A model generated the notes under the pieces. The model saw only the letters and a program-made list of their open reading frames with translations, ran no database searches and was not told the origin of the DNA. Shown one piece after another: positions 31,101 to 43,100 of a stretch of 64,000 nt of DNA (position 1 is its first letter; the number at the start of each line of letters is the position of its first letter). The position numbers were made by a program, and so were the translations under genes. The DNA comes from Candidatus Omnitrophota bacterium (GTDB lineage: Bacteria > Omnitrophota > Gorgyraeia > Tantalellales > Tantalellaceae): the NCBI GenBank assembly GCA_015231405.1, contig JADGBR010000001.1, positions 385,762 to 449,761 of the forward strand. Reading direction: 5' to 3'.

Positions 31101-34100
31101 TTCTTTCGCTTTATCGGCGGCGATGTCTTTCAGGGGACAGGGAGCGGGTGACTCCGTCAAAAAAACGTGCCGGGGCTATTTCGATACGACGCTCGCCGGA
31201 AAAGAGGCGCTCGAAAAAGACGACCTTCTCGAGGATATAGACGAACTGGTCCGGGTGGAAGCCGCTACGTTCCACGCTTTTAACTCGGACAGGATAGTCC
31301 TTTACGAAGGTCCGCCGGGCGGCGGTAAGACCGACATGGCCATAGACGTAGCGAGGCGTCTCGGCCTCAAGGATTACCTCTTCTCCTGTCACAATAGGGT
31401 ACACACTTCGGAGCTTCTCGGCACTTTCTCCCAGCGTTCTAACGGCGATTTTTATTATACAGGAGTACCCGACTCCGACGGCCATTATCCCGAAGCCGAT
31501 TTTCTCGAGGCGATGACCCATGGCGGCGTTTATATCTTTGACGAAGGCGCGATAGGGAAAAGGGCCCAGGAACTTTTAAGCGTCCTTTCGGTGCTGGCCC
31601 GCGGCGAAAAACTCTTCATGCTGAACGAGATACCTGGATATCCCCCGAAAGAGATCAATGTCCATAAGGATTTCCACATTATCATAACCATGAACCCTCC
31701 GGAGGAGACTGTAGGCCGCGAACCGCTCCCGTTAGAGGTTTACGACCAGGCCCGCAAGATCTGGATAAATAACGGCCTTACGCAAGACTCATACAGGCGG
31801 ATCATAAGGAAGTTCCTCGACCTCTCAGCCAGGGAATTCGGCATCACTCTCTCGTCCCTTTTCGGTTCGGATGAGCCAGGCGCTTCCGACGCTTTCGCGG
31901 ACGCGCTTACGGGGATACATAAGACGATAAATTCGCTTGTGGGTAAAAAGATAAGCCTGTCGGAGAACGTCAACCTCCACCTGGTCACCCTCCGGGACAT
32001 GAAGGCGATGGTGAAGGATATGGTGAGATACTCCGCAAAAGGGGCGAACAGAACTGAGGCTTTCAGGATAGCCGTGAGGAACGCGTATATCGACCAGTTC
32101 AACAGGCTCCGCGATAGGCCCGGCATAGCCGACGAGTTGGGCAAACTTTTTAGAGTGGATGCCATGACGGGTACCAGGGACGTCCTCGCGGCAAACGGGA
32201 TAAATATCGACGTTTTCCTGGCCGGTCTCATAGAACGCGAACTTGATAAACGATATCTTGATATAAATGAGTTGGGCGGCGATGAGAGTCCGGGGGCTAT
32301 CCTTAATGAGGCACCGCTTGTTGGCCCTATACCCGCTTTGGACCATCCTTTCGGCATAGACGGTAGTGATATCGCCGAGACTTATGAGGAGCCGGAACAA
32401 CTCCGTGCTCCCCAATGTTTCAGTTCCAATGAGTTCATGAAAACCCGTGTGGACTATACCGTCAAGGAAATGATAGTCTCGCCATTATCAGGTCCCGCAG
32501 GAAAAACGATACTTGGACTTGTGTGCGGATTATGGAACTATACGCTGGGCAGGTTGTTCGGAAGAATAATCCCTCTGGGGAGATCAAAATTCTCTTCCGG
32601 AAATTTTAGAGTCTCTACGGTTAAAAAGGTCAGGGGTGGCGCGGATGTTCAATACAATAGGCCAGAAAGCGGTGAATGGCAGCCATTAATGGCTAAAACT
32701 GACAGATCGTTAGATCAGTATTTGGGTAGGATCAGGGCGAGCGCCAATCCTTTCGTCCGTTACGAACTTCCCGGGAATAACCGTGGGGAGAGATGCGTCA
32801 CTTCTTTGAAAATAGGCGGCAGGGAGCATCTGGCCTTTATAGACGAGAATGAGCATAAGACCGTCAATATCGCGGACATGTCCCGGCCGGGGTTGACGAG
32901 TTCTATAGTATCTCTTTCGGCGGGTAGAAGCGACATCAGTTACATAAAAGCGATATATATAGGGAAGAAACAGTACCTCGCCGTGTGCCATGTCGGCGGG
33001 GAAATGGCACTTTGGGACCTATCCCGGAAAGGGAAGGAAAAGGTCATTTACTTAAATTTCGGGTGGGATGTGCAGGATATTGCCGGGATCGATCTTCATG
33101 GGCAAAACTGTATAGCCATTCTTCACGCGTATAAGCTTACGGGAAGGGTTCTCTCCGACGGATGTATAAGGGTCATAGATCTCGGGACGGGAGAGATCCG
33201 TTCAGTGGACCTTCCGAAAGGGTATTTCAGGGAAGGGAAGATCTTTTCCGAGAATGACTCCGGCAAAAACAAGCTTTTTGTCAACGGACGGACTAACGAG
33301 GTCTACATGTATGACCTTGATACAAAAAAACTCTCTATGGGGTTGACCGATAGAAAAACAATCGCGCCGGGCGACGTCTCAGTATTTGGTATGGGAAAGA
33401 CCTTTTCAGTTATGCCCGCCGAAATACCGGATACGAATGGGCGGGAGGGCGTGGCATTATTGGATTGGGATAGTTCGGTGCAATGGGTATATCCGCTGGA
33501 GCTTCCGCATAATAAGGTAAAGGTAATGGCAGAGGTACGTTCCGGAGAAAAGACATATCTTGTCATAGCAGCCGGTAAGGGGATAGTGTTATGGGACGTG
33601 ATGGGGAAAAGCTATAAGAGCGTTGAATATCCTTTTGACGGGCATATACAGCGCATAACAGCGCTCGGTGATACCGGATTATTCGCGGTCACGGATAATC
33701 ATGGAACGGTCCGTATCTGGGATATAGACATAGAACGGCATATAGCCGAAACGCGGGTAAAAGCGGAAGCCCTCGAGCGCGGTGAGATACCCGCCGGAAA
33801 TGACCTCCCGTACGGTTTAAAGAAAAGGGACCTTTACGGCCCGGAAAAATTTCTTGGCATTAAAGAGGAGGTAGAGACCGGGATCGCCCCTCGCGCTGAA
33901 AGCGGCGCGTCGTGTGTGTATAGTGGGATCCAGCTTAAAGCCGGGAAGAGCGAGAAGGTCAGATCTGGCGGCGACATAACCAAGTTCCGGGAAGCGTTAG
34001 TGTCGGATAGAGAAGCGCGTCTTTTTACGAGAGAACTCTCGAAAGAGGAAATTGTCGCGATACCATCCGCAAATATCGTTGATATTGATAAAGATGCGAG

Positions 34101-37100
34101 TTGGGGACCCGGAGTTCTCGATATGGATAATATTTTTGTAGAGTTAGGGGCGACCCGCGGGGAGTCGCTGTTTTTCCGTGTCGAAAAACTGTCGGATCAG
34201 CTCGAACGTAATGACATACATGAAATACGCGAACTTAGGATGGCATTGGACGATAAACAGGAAAAAGTTGCCAGCGGTGTCATAGACGTGGCCGGTTTGA
34301 GCTGCCTCCTGACAACCGATATAAAGGGCGTGATATCGCTCTGGGACTTAAAGAACGACAATGTGGTCAGGTTAAAAGTGTGTGACAACCTGGTCGATAA
34401 ACTCGTGGTGATGAAGAACCGAGAGGGCGACGTGGAACTTGTAGTGCCAGGCGACAATAATCAGCTGCTGTTCCTCAGATTCGCCGGGGGCTCCGGTGGG
34501 ATCATACCAGCCGGAATGAGGCGAGTTAATACTACCGCCGATATAAGCGGCCTCGACGTTATACGTGACGATAAAGAGAGGGACTGTCTCGTTTTTGCCG
34601 GTACTGAGAAACTGATTGCGGAGCCGGGACAGATCAGCTACGGTCTGGACAGATACCCGACGCTCAAGGTTCTCAGCTTTACAGGCGAGACGAGCGGATA
34701 TATTACGGAAATAAAAGCTCATCCTGAAGCGCCTGGGGTACTGAACGTCGTCAAGGACGATATGGGGCTGGGCCGGCTGGTCTCGGGCGAGAAATTCAAC
34801 ATGAAATTATGGGGTTTTGCCTGGAAAGACGGGCGCATTGAGGGGGGAAGTGTCTCTAAATTCCAGGTAGAGGGCCTTGCAATGGAAAACGGAACGTTGA
34901 TAAAAGACGATATTGGAAGATCCCACCTGGTTTTGCCGGTCAAATACGAGAACGGTAGAAGGCTCATCATGCTGGACTTCGATTTTAAGAACGGCGTCCT
35001 GAAAGGAGGGATATCGAGGACCGTTGACCTGAAGCTTAAGGATATCAGCGGCGTCACGGCCATAAGCGATCTTGACGGAGACGATCGAGTAGTCGTATCA
35101 TGCGATAATTCCGTTATAAAAATGATCGGTTTCGACTGGGATAACGGTGAGATCAAGGGGGCGAATAGTATCACTTTCGAGAACCCTGATTCCGGCGGCG
35201 ACATATACGGCGTTCACACTTTTAGAGCGGAAGATGGCACCGAATACCTGGTCGCGAGGCGTTCCGGAGGCCGCCTGGACTTATGGGACCCCTTCATCGC
35301 CGACAAACTCGCCGAAGCCCGCGATCTTTACGATTCAGGGGAACGGTCACAAGCCGCTGACACCACGCCCCCCCTGTCCGCCGAAGCCTTGGCGAAGGCG
35401 AATGCCCCAAGCCCCATGCCTGCGATCCCCCACGGCTTTACCCGCGAGCAGCTCTTACAGGAACAGGACTGGCACGGCGAGAAAGTCGTGCTTTTGAAAG
35501 GCGATATAGTTAAAGGTATTCCCATGGAAGATATCAGAAAAGGCGATAAATACGGATGGTACGGTGAGAGTTACGAGAAGGACCCGACAGTGACCGGCGA
35601 GGTGATTCACCTGACGAATGGGCCGGCGGACGGATTATCTATAATGACGAAAACAGGCAAGATGGTAAAGGGAAAAGAGAGAAAATTCAAAAAGCTTGGA
35701 ACGCCTGAAAAAGGGAACACACTGGGCTGGTCCATGACCCGGAAAATACATGAAGGGGAACTTGGGACCGGTAAATTCGAAAGGAAGGACGAGGAGTTCT
35801 TCAGGCTGATGAACCGTGATGATCAAGGGGATGAAACCCGCCGGCACATTGATGCCGGCAACGCCTATATTATGACCGGGGAAATAATGGATGAGATCGA
35901 CCATGGGGACCCGCGGAAGGTATCCGATATGGCGGAAAAGATAAAACATGACAGCGAGGTGAACGAGATCAAGGTCTTTAAATGCAGAGGCCGTGAGATC
36001 ATCGTGACGACCTGTTTGACTAATTTTATACGGATATGGGATATTGAAAAGAATAAGGTTACCACGATACTCGGGCATAACAACGTGATATTTGGTCTTG
36101 AGCTATTGGAACGGAGTGACAAAGTATATCTCGTTACAGGTTCCTCGGATAACATGATAAAGTTCTGGGCTCTTAACGCGGTTGGCGAAGTCGATCGGGA
36201 TCATGTTACCACACTTCACGGTCATAGTGATTCAATAAACGATATTCGCGTGATCGAACGGGAAGACGGGGTATATCTGGTGAGCGCGAGCGAGGATAAG
36301 ACCGTGAAATTCTGGAAGTTAAAAGGTGCCGGCGGCATCGAATTTTCTGAAGTCACGGCGCTCAAAGGGCATAGCGGTCAAGTGACAAAACTTGAATTCT
36401 TTGCCCGCGACAAGAAGCTGTATATGGCAAGCGGGGACAGAGTCGGCGCGGTCAAGATCTGGGCTTTCAGGGGGAAGAGCGGCGCGGATATGGAGAGCGT
36501 GACGACGCTGCCTGAAATGAAAATGGACGTGAGCGATCTCAGGATATTGGAATGCGCGGGTAAAATGTATCTGGCTGCCGGAGAAGGTAATGGAAATATA
36601 AAATTATGGGGTTTTGCCGGGGATGCGGGCGTCAATATCAGCGGCGTTACTACAGTAAGGGTATGCAACAATGGTTTTGGCGTCATGAGCTCCGGCGGCA
36701 GGACCTGGCTTGTCACCGGCGGCTCCGACGCCGTAGTGAAACTCTTGGAGATCAGCGGAAAGGAAGGCGAGGATGTGGTCAAGGGCATGACCGTGCTTAA
36801 GGGACATGGCAGTTACGTGACAGGCGTATATGTATTCGAACGCGAAGGTAAACAGTATCTGGCGACCGGCAGCGAGGATAAAACCTTCATTGTCTGGGAC
36901 CCCTTCCGCGAAGAAAAATTCCACGAAGCCCGGGCCGTTGTCGAAGCGTGGGAACGCTCGCATGCCTCGGACCCCATGCTCCAAGCTCCAAGCTCCATTC
37001 CCGAAGCCCCAAGCCCCATGCCCGACATCCCCCACGGCTTCACCCGGGAACAGCTTCTTTTGGAACAGGAATGGCATAGCGAGGAGGCCGTTCTTGTGAA

Positions 37101-40100
37101 TGGAGATGTGTCTTTCGACGAGGTGAAGGACGGAAAACACGGCTGGTTTAGGGAAGGGCGCGAGAACTTTCCGTCCGAATGGCAAGAGGTCGAACCTATT
37201 ATGCCGGACAGGGAAAGAGGAGAGAGCCTGGATGAAGCCGAGAATAGATTTTATGATGTACAGGCTCCAAGGGGGAACACGCTCGGCTGGTCCTTTAAAA
37301 GGGGGATAAAGGGGGGTGAGAGCGTTACAGGAACCGTTCAAATGAAAGCTAAAGGATACTTTGATTCAACGAACTGGGCCAGCCCCGCTCTCGACGTTGG
37401 CGAGTACTTGGCAAGTGGCAACGCTTACGCGATGAGGGAAGGGATGGAACCGTATTTTGACAGATACGATTCGCATAAAATGTCCGATATGGTGGAAAAG
37501 ATAACGTTAGGTCTGGCAAATACGGATCTGGTTCATATTTCGTTCGATTGGAATGGACGGCAATATATCGTTTCCGGCGGGGATGCGGGCATAAAGATAT
37601 GGGACATCTCGAGGGGAAAGGTAATGACGCTCAAAGGGCATGCGGGCAAAGTCACGAGTTTGCAGCTCATCGAGCGAAAAGGTAAAAAATACATCGCGAG
37701 CGGCGGCGATGACAATGATCGGACCATCAAACTCTGGGGGTTGGAGGATGGAGAAGAGTTGGGCATAGGTTTTGTGACAACGATCAGAGGGCATTCGGCC
37801 GGGATAATTAGTTTACGGGTGATAGGCGATAAATATCTTGTAAGTGGAAGTAATGATCTAACGGTAAAGCTCTGGGAGTTCGAGGGTGATGATGAGTTGG
37901 GCATAAACACTGTGACAACGCTGAAAGGTCATAGTGATTGGGTTAGAAGCCTGGAAGTGATCGGGACCCCCAAGGGGATATTATTCGCGAGCGGGGACAT
38001 GAACGGTAAGATAAAACTTTGGTCATTGACCGAGAGCGGGGAAGTGATCGCAGGGAACGTATTAACTATCAAAGCCCATGGCGGTTGTGTCCAGGCATTG
38101 AAGCTCATGAGATATGGTGAAAAGACGTATCTGGTCAGCGGAAGTTGGGACAAAAGCGTGAAGATCTGGGAACTGGGAGAGAAAGACAATGTGGATATAG
38201 CGGGAGTTACTGTCCTTAAAGGATTTAAGAATAATGTGCTGAGCCTCGAAGCCATTAGGCGCGGTGATAGGACATATCTGGCGACCGGAGGGGAGGAGGA
38301 CGGAATGGTAAAACTCTGGTCTCTATCAGGCGAAGCGGAGCTCAGTGTGGATGGAGTGACTATTCTTAAGGCGCATACCAAATGGGTCTCGAGTATACAG
38401 GTCATAGTACGTGACGGTAAGGAGTATCTTACCACCGGAAGCGGGGACGATACGCTTATTACCTGGGATCCTTTCCGCAAACAAAAATTCCACGAAGCCC
38501 TGGCCTACCTCGATGCTTGGGAAAGAAAGGTCGAAGGTCCCTCCTTCGTTAAGGCTTCGGAGGGCGGGCGAGGGTCGTCGGTCGAAGGGCCAATGCCCAA
38601 TGCTCCAAGCCCCCTGCCTGACCGGCAGGTAGGCATGCCCGAAGCCGGCCTTGGCGGCGGCGCCGACGACTCCAACGGCCCAGCTTTCAATGCCGTCGAC
38701 CCCGGGATGGACCTTCCCGAGGACAGGGACATAACAGAGGCCAGGTATAAGCTCAGGTCGCGGGGAAGAGCCATGCTCATATGCGAACCTGGTACGCGTG
38801 AACGCGTTATAGTCGACGAAGTGGCGCGGCTCGAAAAATTCAAATATGTTTATAAGCTAGAAGGGCGGCCGTCGCTCGCGCCGGAAGACCTTATAGGCTC
38901 GAAATACCCGGTCCTTGAGGAGGAGAAACGGGAAACGAACGAAGAATTCGTTTTCAAAAAGGGCTTCCTTACCCGGCATATGTTAACGGAGGAAGAACAC
39001 GCTAAATACCTGGAAGAAAAGTCCGCAGGGAAGGATTTCCCGAAAAAACTGCTAGTTATTTACAATATAGACGCTATCGGCGAGAAAGCCAGGGCGTCCC
39101 TCAACAATCTCTTATTGAACGGTTATCTGAACATTCCTTCGGTGGGCAAGCTCTGGTTGCCCGACAATGTCGAGATAATAGCGACGATGAGGGTCGGTTC
39201 ACAGCAGGAATTCTCGAGCGCCTTTCCGAACAGGATGACCAAAGGGAATATGTCCCCGATGGAAGCCAAGGGCTGGGGGGCTTCGGATTTCGCGAAATAT
39301 TGCCGGAATGTGTATGGGTTCGATAAATACGTTCTCGGGAAGGATGATAAAGGCAGACCTTACGATATAGCCGACGAAATTGAGCTTCTTTATGACAATA
39401 TCAGGAGCCAGGAGGTTACGGATCGCGTCTGGCCGTCGAGGATGACTTACGGTTTCACCGTCAAGGACGCTTTAACCCACGCCGAGTTCACTGCGCTCGC
39501 GATAGCGGAAAGAAAAAAGATGGGGCTTGGTGAGCCGGGGAAGGACGAGTTAATGAATATCCTGGTCGACGAGGCTATGAGGGTTTACGGGTTCAAGGTG
39601 CGGCAGTTCCCATCGGATTACGATTCGTTCGTCGATTCCATACTTAAGATGCAGTTTAGCCATAAATACGTGGAAAGGGCCGTTATCCGGGACGACGTGA
39701 AGATATCCGCCGGTAAGCTCAGGGAACTCTCTGGGATACCCATCTCGCCGGGTCACGGCGCTCTAGGAATGACGCTCATTGAGCGTAATTACCGGCTGAC
39801 GCTCGTCGGCAGCATGGTGGGAACTATGTCGGCGATGATAAGGGGACTTGCCGCCGGTAAAGTGGTATCGTTCACCGGGGATACCGGGGCCGCGAAGACG
39901 ACCATGGCGGTCGCGCTCGCGCGTATGACGGGCGTAAAGGATTATGTCTTCAGTATGCATAAGGACGTGAAGGAATACGATCTCACCGGAGCCGTCAGGA
40001 TGACCGATAAGGGCCGTTTTACTTTCGAGATAATGGAGTTCGCTAAACAGCTCGAAGAGGGTAACACCATGCTCATAGTCGATGAGGCCAATATCAAACC

Positions 40101-43100
40101 CGAGATACTCTGGCTCCTTTCCGGCATAGCCCGCGGCGAAAAACAGTTCACTATAGAAAGGCCCGGGGATAAGCCCCATACCTTTAATATAGGAGAGAAC
40201 GTGTACGTAGTATTCACCATGAACCCCGAAGCCTACGGAGGCGGGCGCGGGGCGATACCGATACCGCTCAAGGAGGATATATTTAATATTTGGGTGCCGG
40301 ACTATTACGAGTATCCGGAGATGGCGCGTATAGTCACGGAATTTTTCGGCGGCATGCCGGAGCTCGCCAATATTACTGAGATGACCCCGGCCGAAACCTC
40401 CAAGGCCTCGACCCTTGAATTGGACAACAGGTTTTTCGAGATAAAACGCCTCTTTAGCCATCTTTACGCCAGGATGGAAGTCGAGGACGTAGTCAACGCC
40501 ATATATGATAAAGGGTATGAATTTACAATAGGCACGTTATACGGCCTGACTAAGGATAATGACCCGGCAAAGGCCAGGGAGAAATACTATGAGCTGAAAC
40601 GGGTAGAGGAAGAAATAATGTACGATCCGAAGGTGCGGGGAAAGATGTTACGTATTAGGACAAAGGTCGCGCTAATGGAGAAATATCTCAGGGACAAAGG
40701 CATGACCGTCAGCGTGAATTTCAGTCTATTTACGTGGTGGAGTCAGGGTGTGCGTGAAAAGAACGGCAAAAAAGAAATAATAGTGAATGTCCCGCTATAT
40801 GAGCTTGTCGACAAGAAAGACCATCCAAATATCAGGAAAGAAGGCAAGTCCGACAAGGTCATCGCCGGGCTTATCATACACGAACTAAGGCACTATTTGT
40901 ACAGCCCTAAAGACAATCTCGAATGGCGCGATATCGGTGTTGATATCGGGATAAACAGTTTTGCCCCGGAGATAAGAGAGGTGTTTGACACGTTCACGGC
41001 AGATCCGAAGGATAGGACGGTTAAGCGCCGGAGGGATGTCTTTCAGCTTTGGAACGCTCTGGAGGATGTTCGTATAGATCTTATGGAAAGGGATTCGGAG
41101 CATTTCCGGAGGCTTAAGGGCGCGCAGGAGAACGTCGACGAGATGATAAAGGATATGTTCAAGGATGAGACGAATGACCCGGGAGAGTTCGAGAAGAGAA
41201 AGAAAAAGGCCGTACGCGCCGCCTGGCTCCATCCTCATGCAATGCTGAGGGACGTATTATTCCGCTACGGTTATACGGGGGAATTCGGACCATATTTCGG
41301 GTTTTTTGACGAAGAACTGAAAAAGGCCGTACAGGAATTGACCGGTGCTATGATAGAGGCGACTCAGTCGTCCAAAGCGCGAATGAACATGAGCGATGTC
41401 AGCTCAGCTGGGGATTTTCTTAAAGAAAGGCGGCGCGCGTCAGGGGAAAGCGTTAAAGTGATACTCGAAAAGATATTGCCGAAATATCTTGAGCTCGCCG
41501 AAGAGTCGAAGAAAAGGGTTGATGAGGAAAAAAAGAAAAAACAGGGAGGCCCGAAAGGAACGGAAGTTGAAGAAGGAGACGGGAGTGAAGGCGGAGGGGA
41601 TCCCGGCGAGGGAGGAGAATCCGGGGAAGGAGGAGCGGAAGGTCTAGGTTCGGGTGGAAAACAGGAATTCTTGTTCATGCCGCCTGAACTCATGGAAGAG
41701 ATGTACGGAAGCGGCGATGAAAATAGCGGGGACGAGGGCCAATCCGGAGGGAAAGGAAATACCGGGCCCATGATAATAAGCCCGGGAGCGAAGAACGGTG
41801 TGAGAAAACCAGGTGACGGCCTCCCTGAGGATATGACCCCCCACGGAGGATCCGCCGGTACCCCGGGGGACGATGGCGGCAAACAAAACGCCGGAGGAAA
41901 AGACGACTCTCCGGACGACACGGAGGGCGATGACAATGACGGCCCCGATACCGAGGGCATGTCAAAAGCTAACCGCAGCCGAGCGATCAAGGAAGCTTCT
42001 TCCAAGATCAACAAAGAGCGGCTCAAGGGTGAGCCTATCAATCAAAGGCTCTCCGAGGTCGGAGGCCAGGCTAAACAGCTCGCGGAAGGTCTGATCAATA
42101 TATTCAATGTGCCGGAAGAAACCGAGGTGGAAGAGTCCGCTTACGGCAGGATCATTAACATGATAAGGATCATCATGAAGAGCATGACCCCTTTCGACGA
42201 GGAAGTCGATACGGGTAACCGCCCGGATCTCGCGCTTGGAATGACGGCCGATCTTTCCGGAAGCATGAAGGATTTCTTCCCGGCGATAAAGAAACTGAGC
42301 GCCATTTTTATCAGCTCGTTCCAGCGGATAGGTAAAAAAGCCGATTTCTCGGTGACTTTGGACGGGCCCGACGAGAACGGCGTCGACCATCCCCACAATG
42401 TCATAGATTTCGGAGAGAAACACGCACAGGACGAGCTCAACGGCGTACAGAACAGGGTGGAAAAGACCATGGCGAGGGAAGGCGGCGGAGGGATACACGC
42501 TTACAGCTGTCTTGAAGCGATAGTAGAAAAACACAAACGGTCAAAACAGAAAAATAAACTTGAGGTCATATTCACGGACGCTATGGACACCGAAGGAATG
42601 GAGTCCGAGAGGGAAGAAAAATTCCGGGAAGCCGAAAAACTGGGTGTTTCCATTTTGGTCGTGGGTTTCAGGAACCAGCAGAACAAAATGCAGGAAGTGT
42701 TCGGCAAGCACGCTTCGTATATCCTGGTCGACAGGGATAAACCCGAAGCGATAATAGGGGTCGTCCTTAACGCCGCCAAGATAAAGGCCAGGACCGGCAA
42801 GATACCTAAGGGGAATATCGGCCCGATGTTCGACCAGAAAGAGGGCGGAATGCTTGTTCGTAATGCTATGGACCTTATAACGAACGACGACCTCAGCGTA
42901 AGGATGAAAACGGAGAGCGAGATAAACGCCATGCGGTCGCTCGCCGATGTTCGGAGAACGGCGCTATACGAGGCGCGGATGACCGTCAGACAATTCAGCG
43001 TCCGCGACAGGCTTGAAAAGCTTATTGCCCGGTCCCGTGACGCTATAAGCGACCTCTGGAGGAATAACGGCAAGGATATAGTCGTTATGCCCGACCTTCT

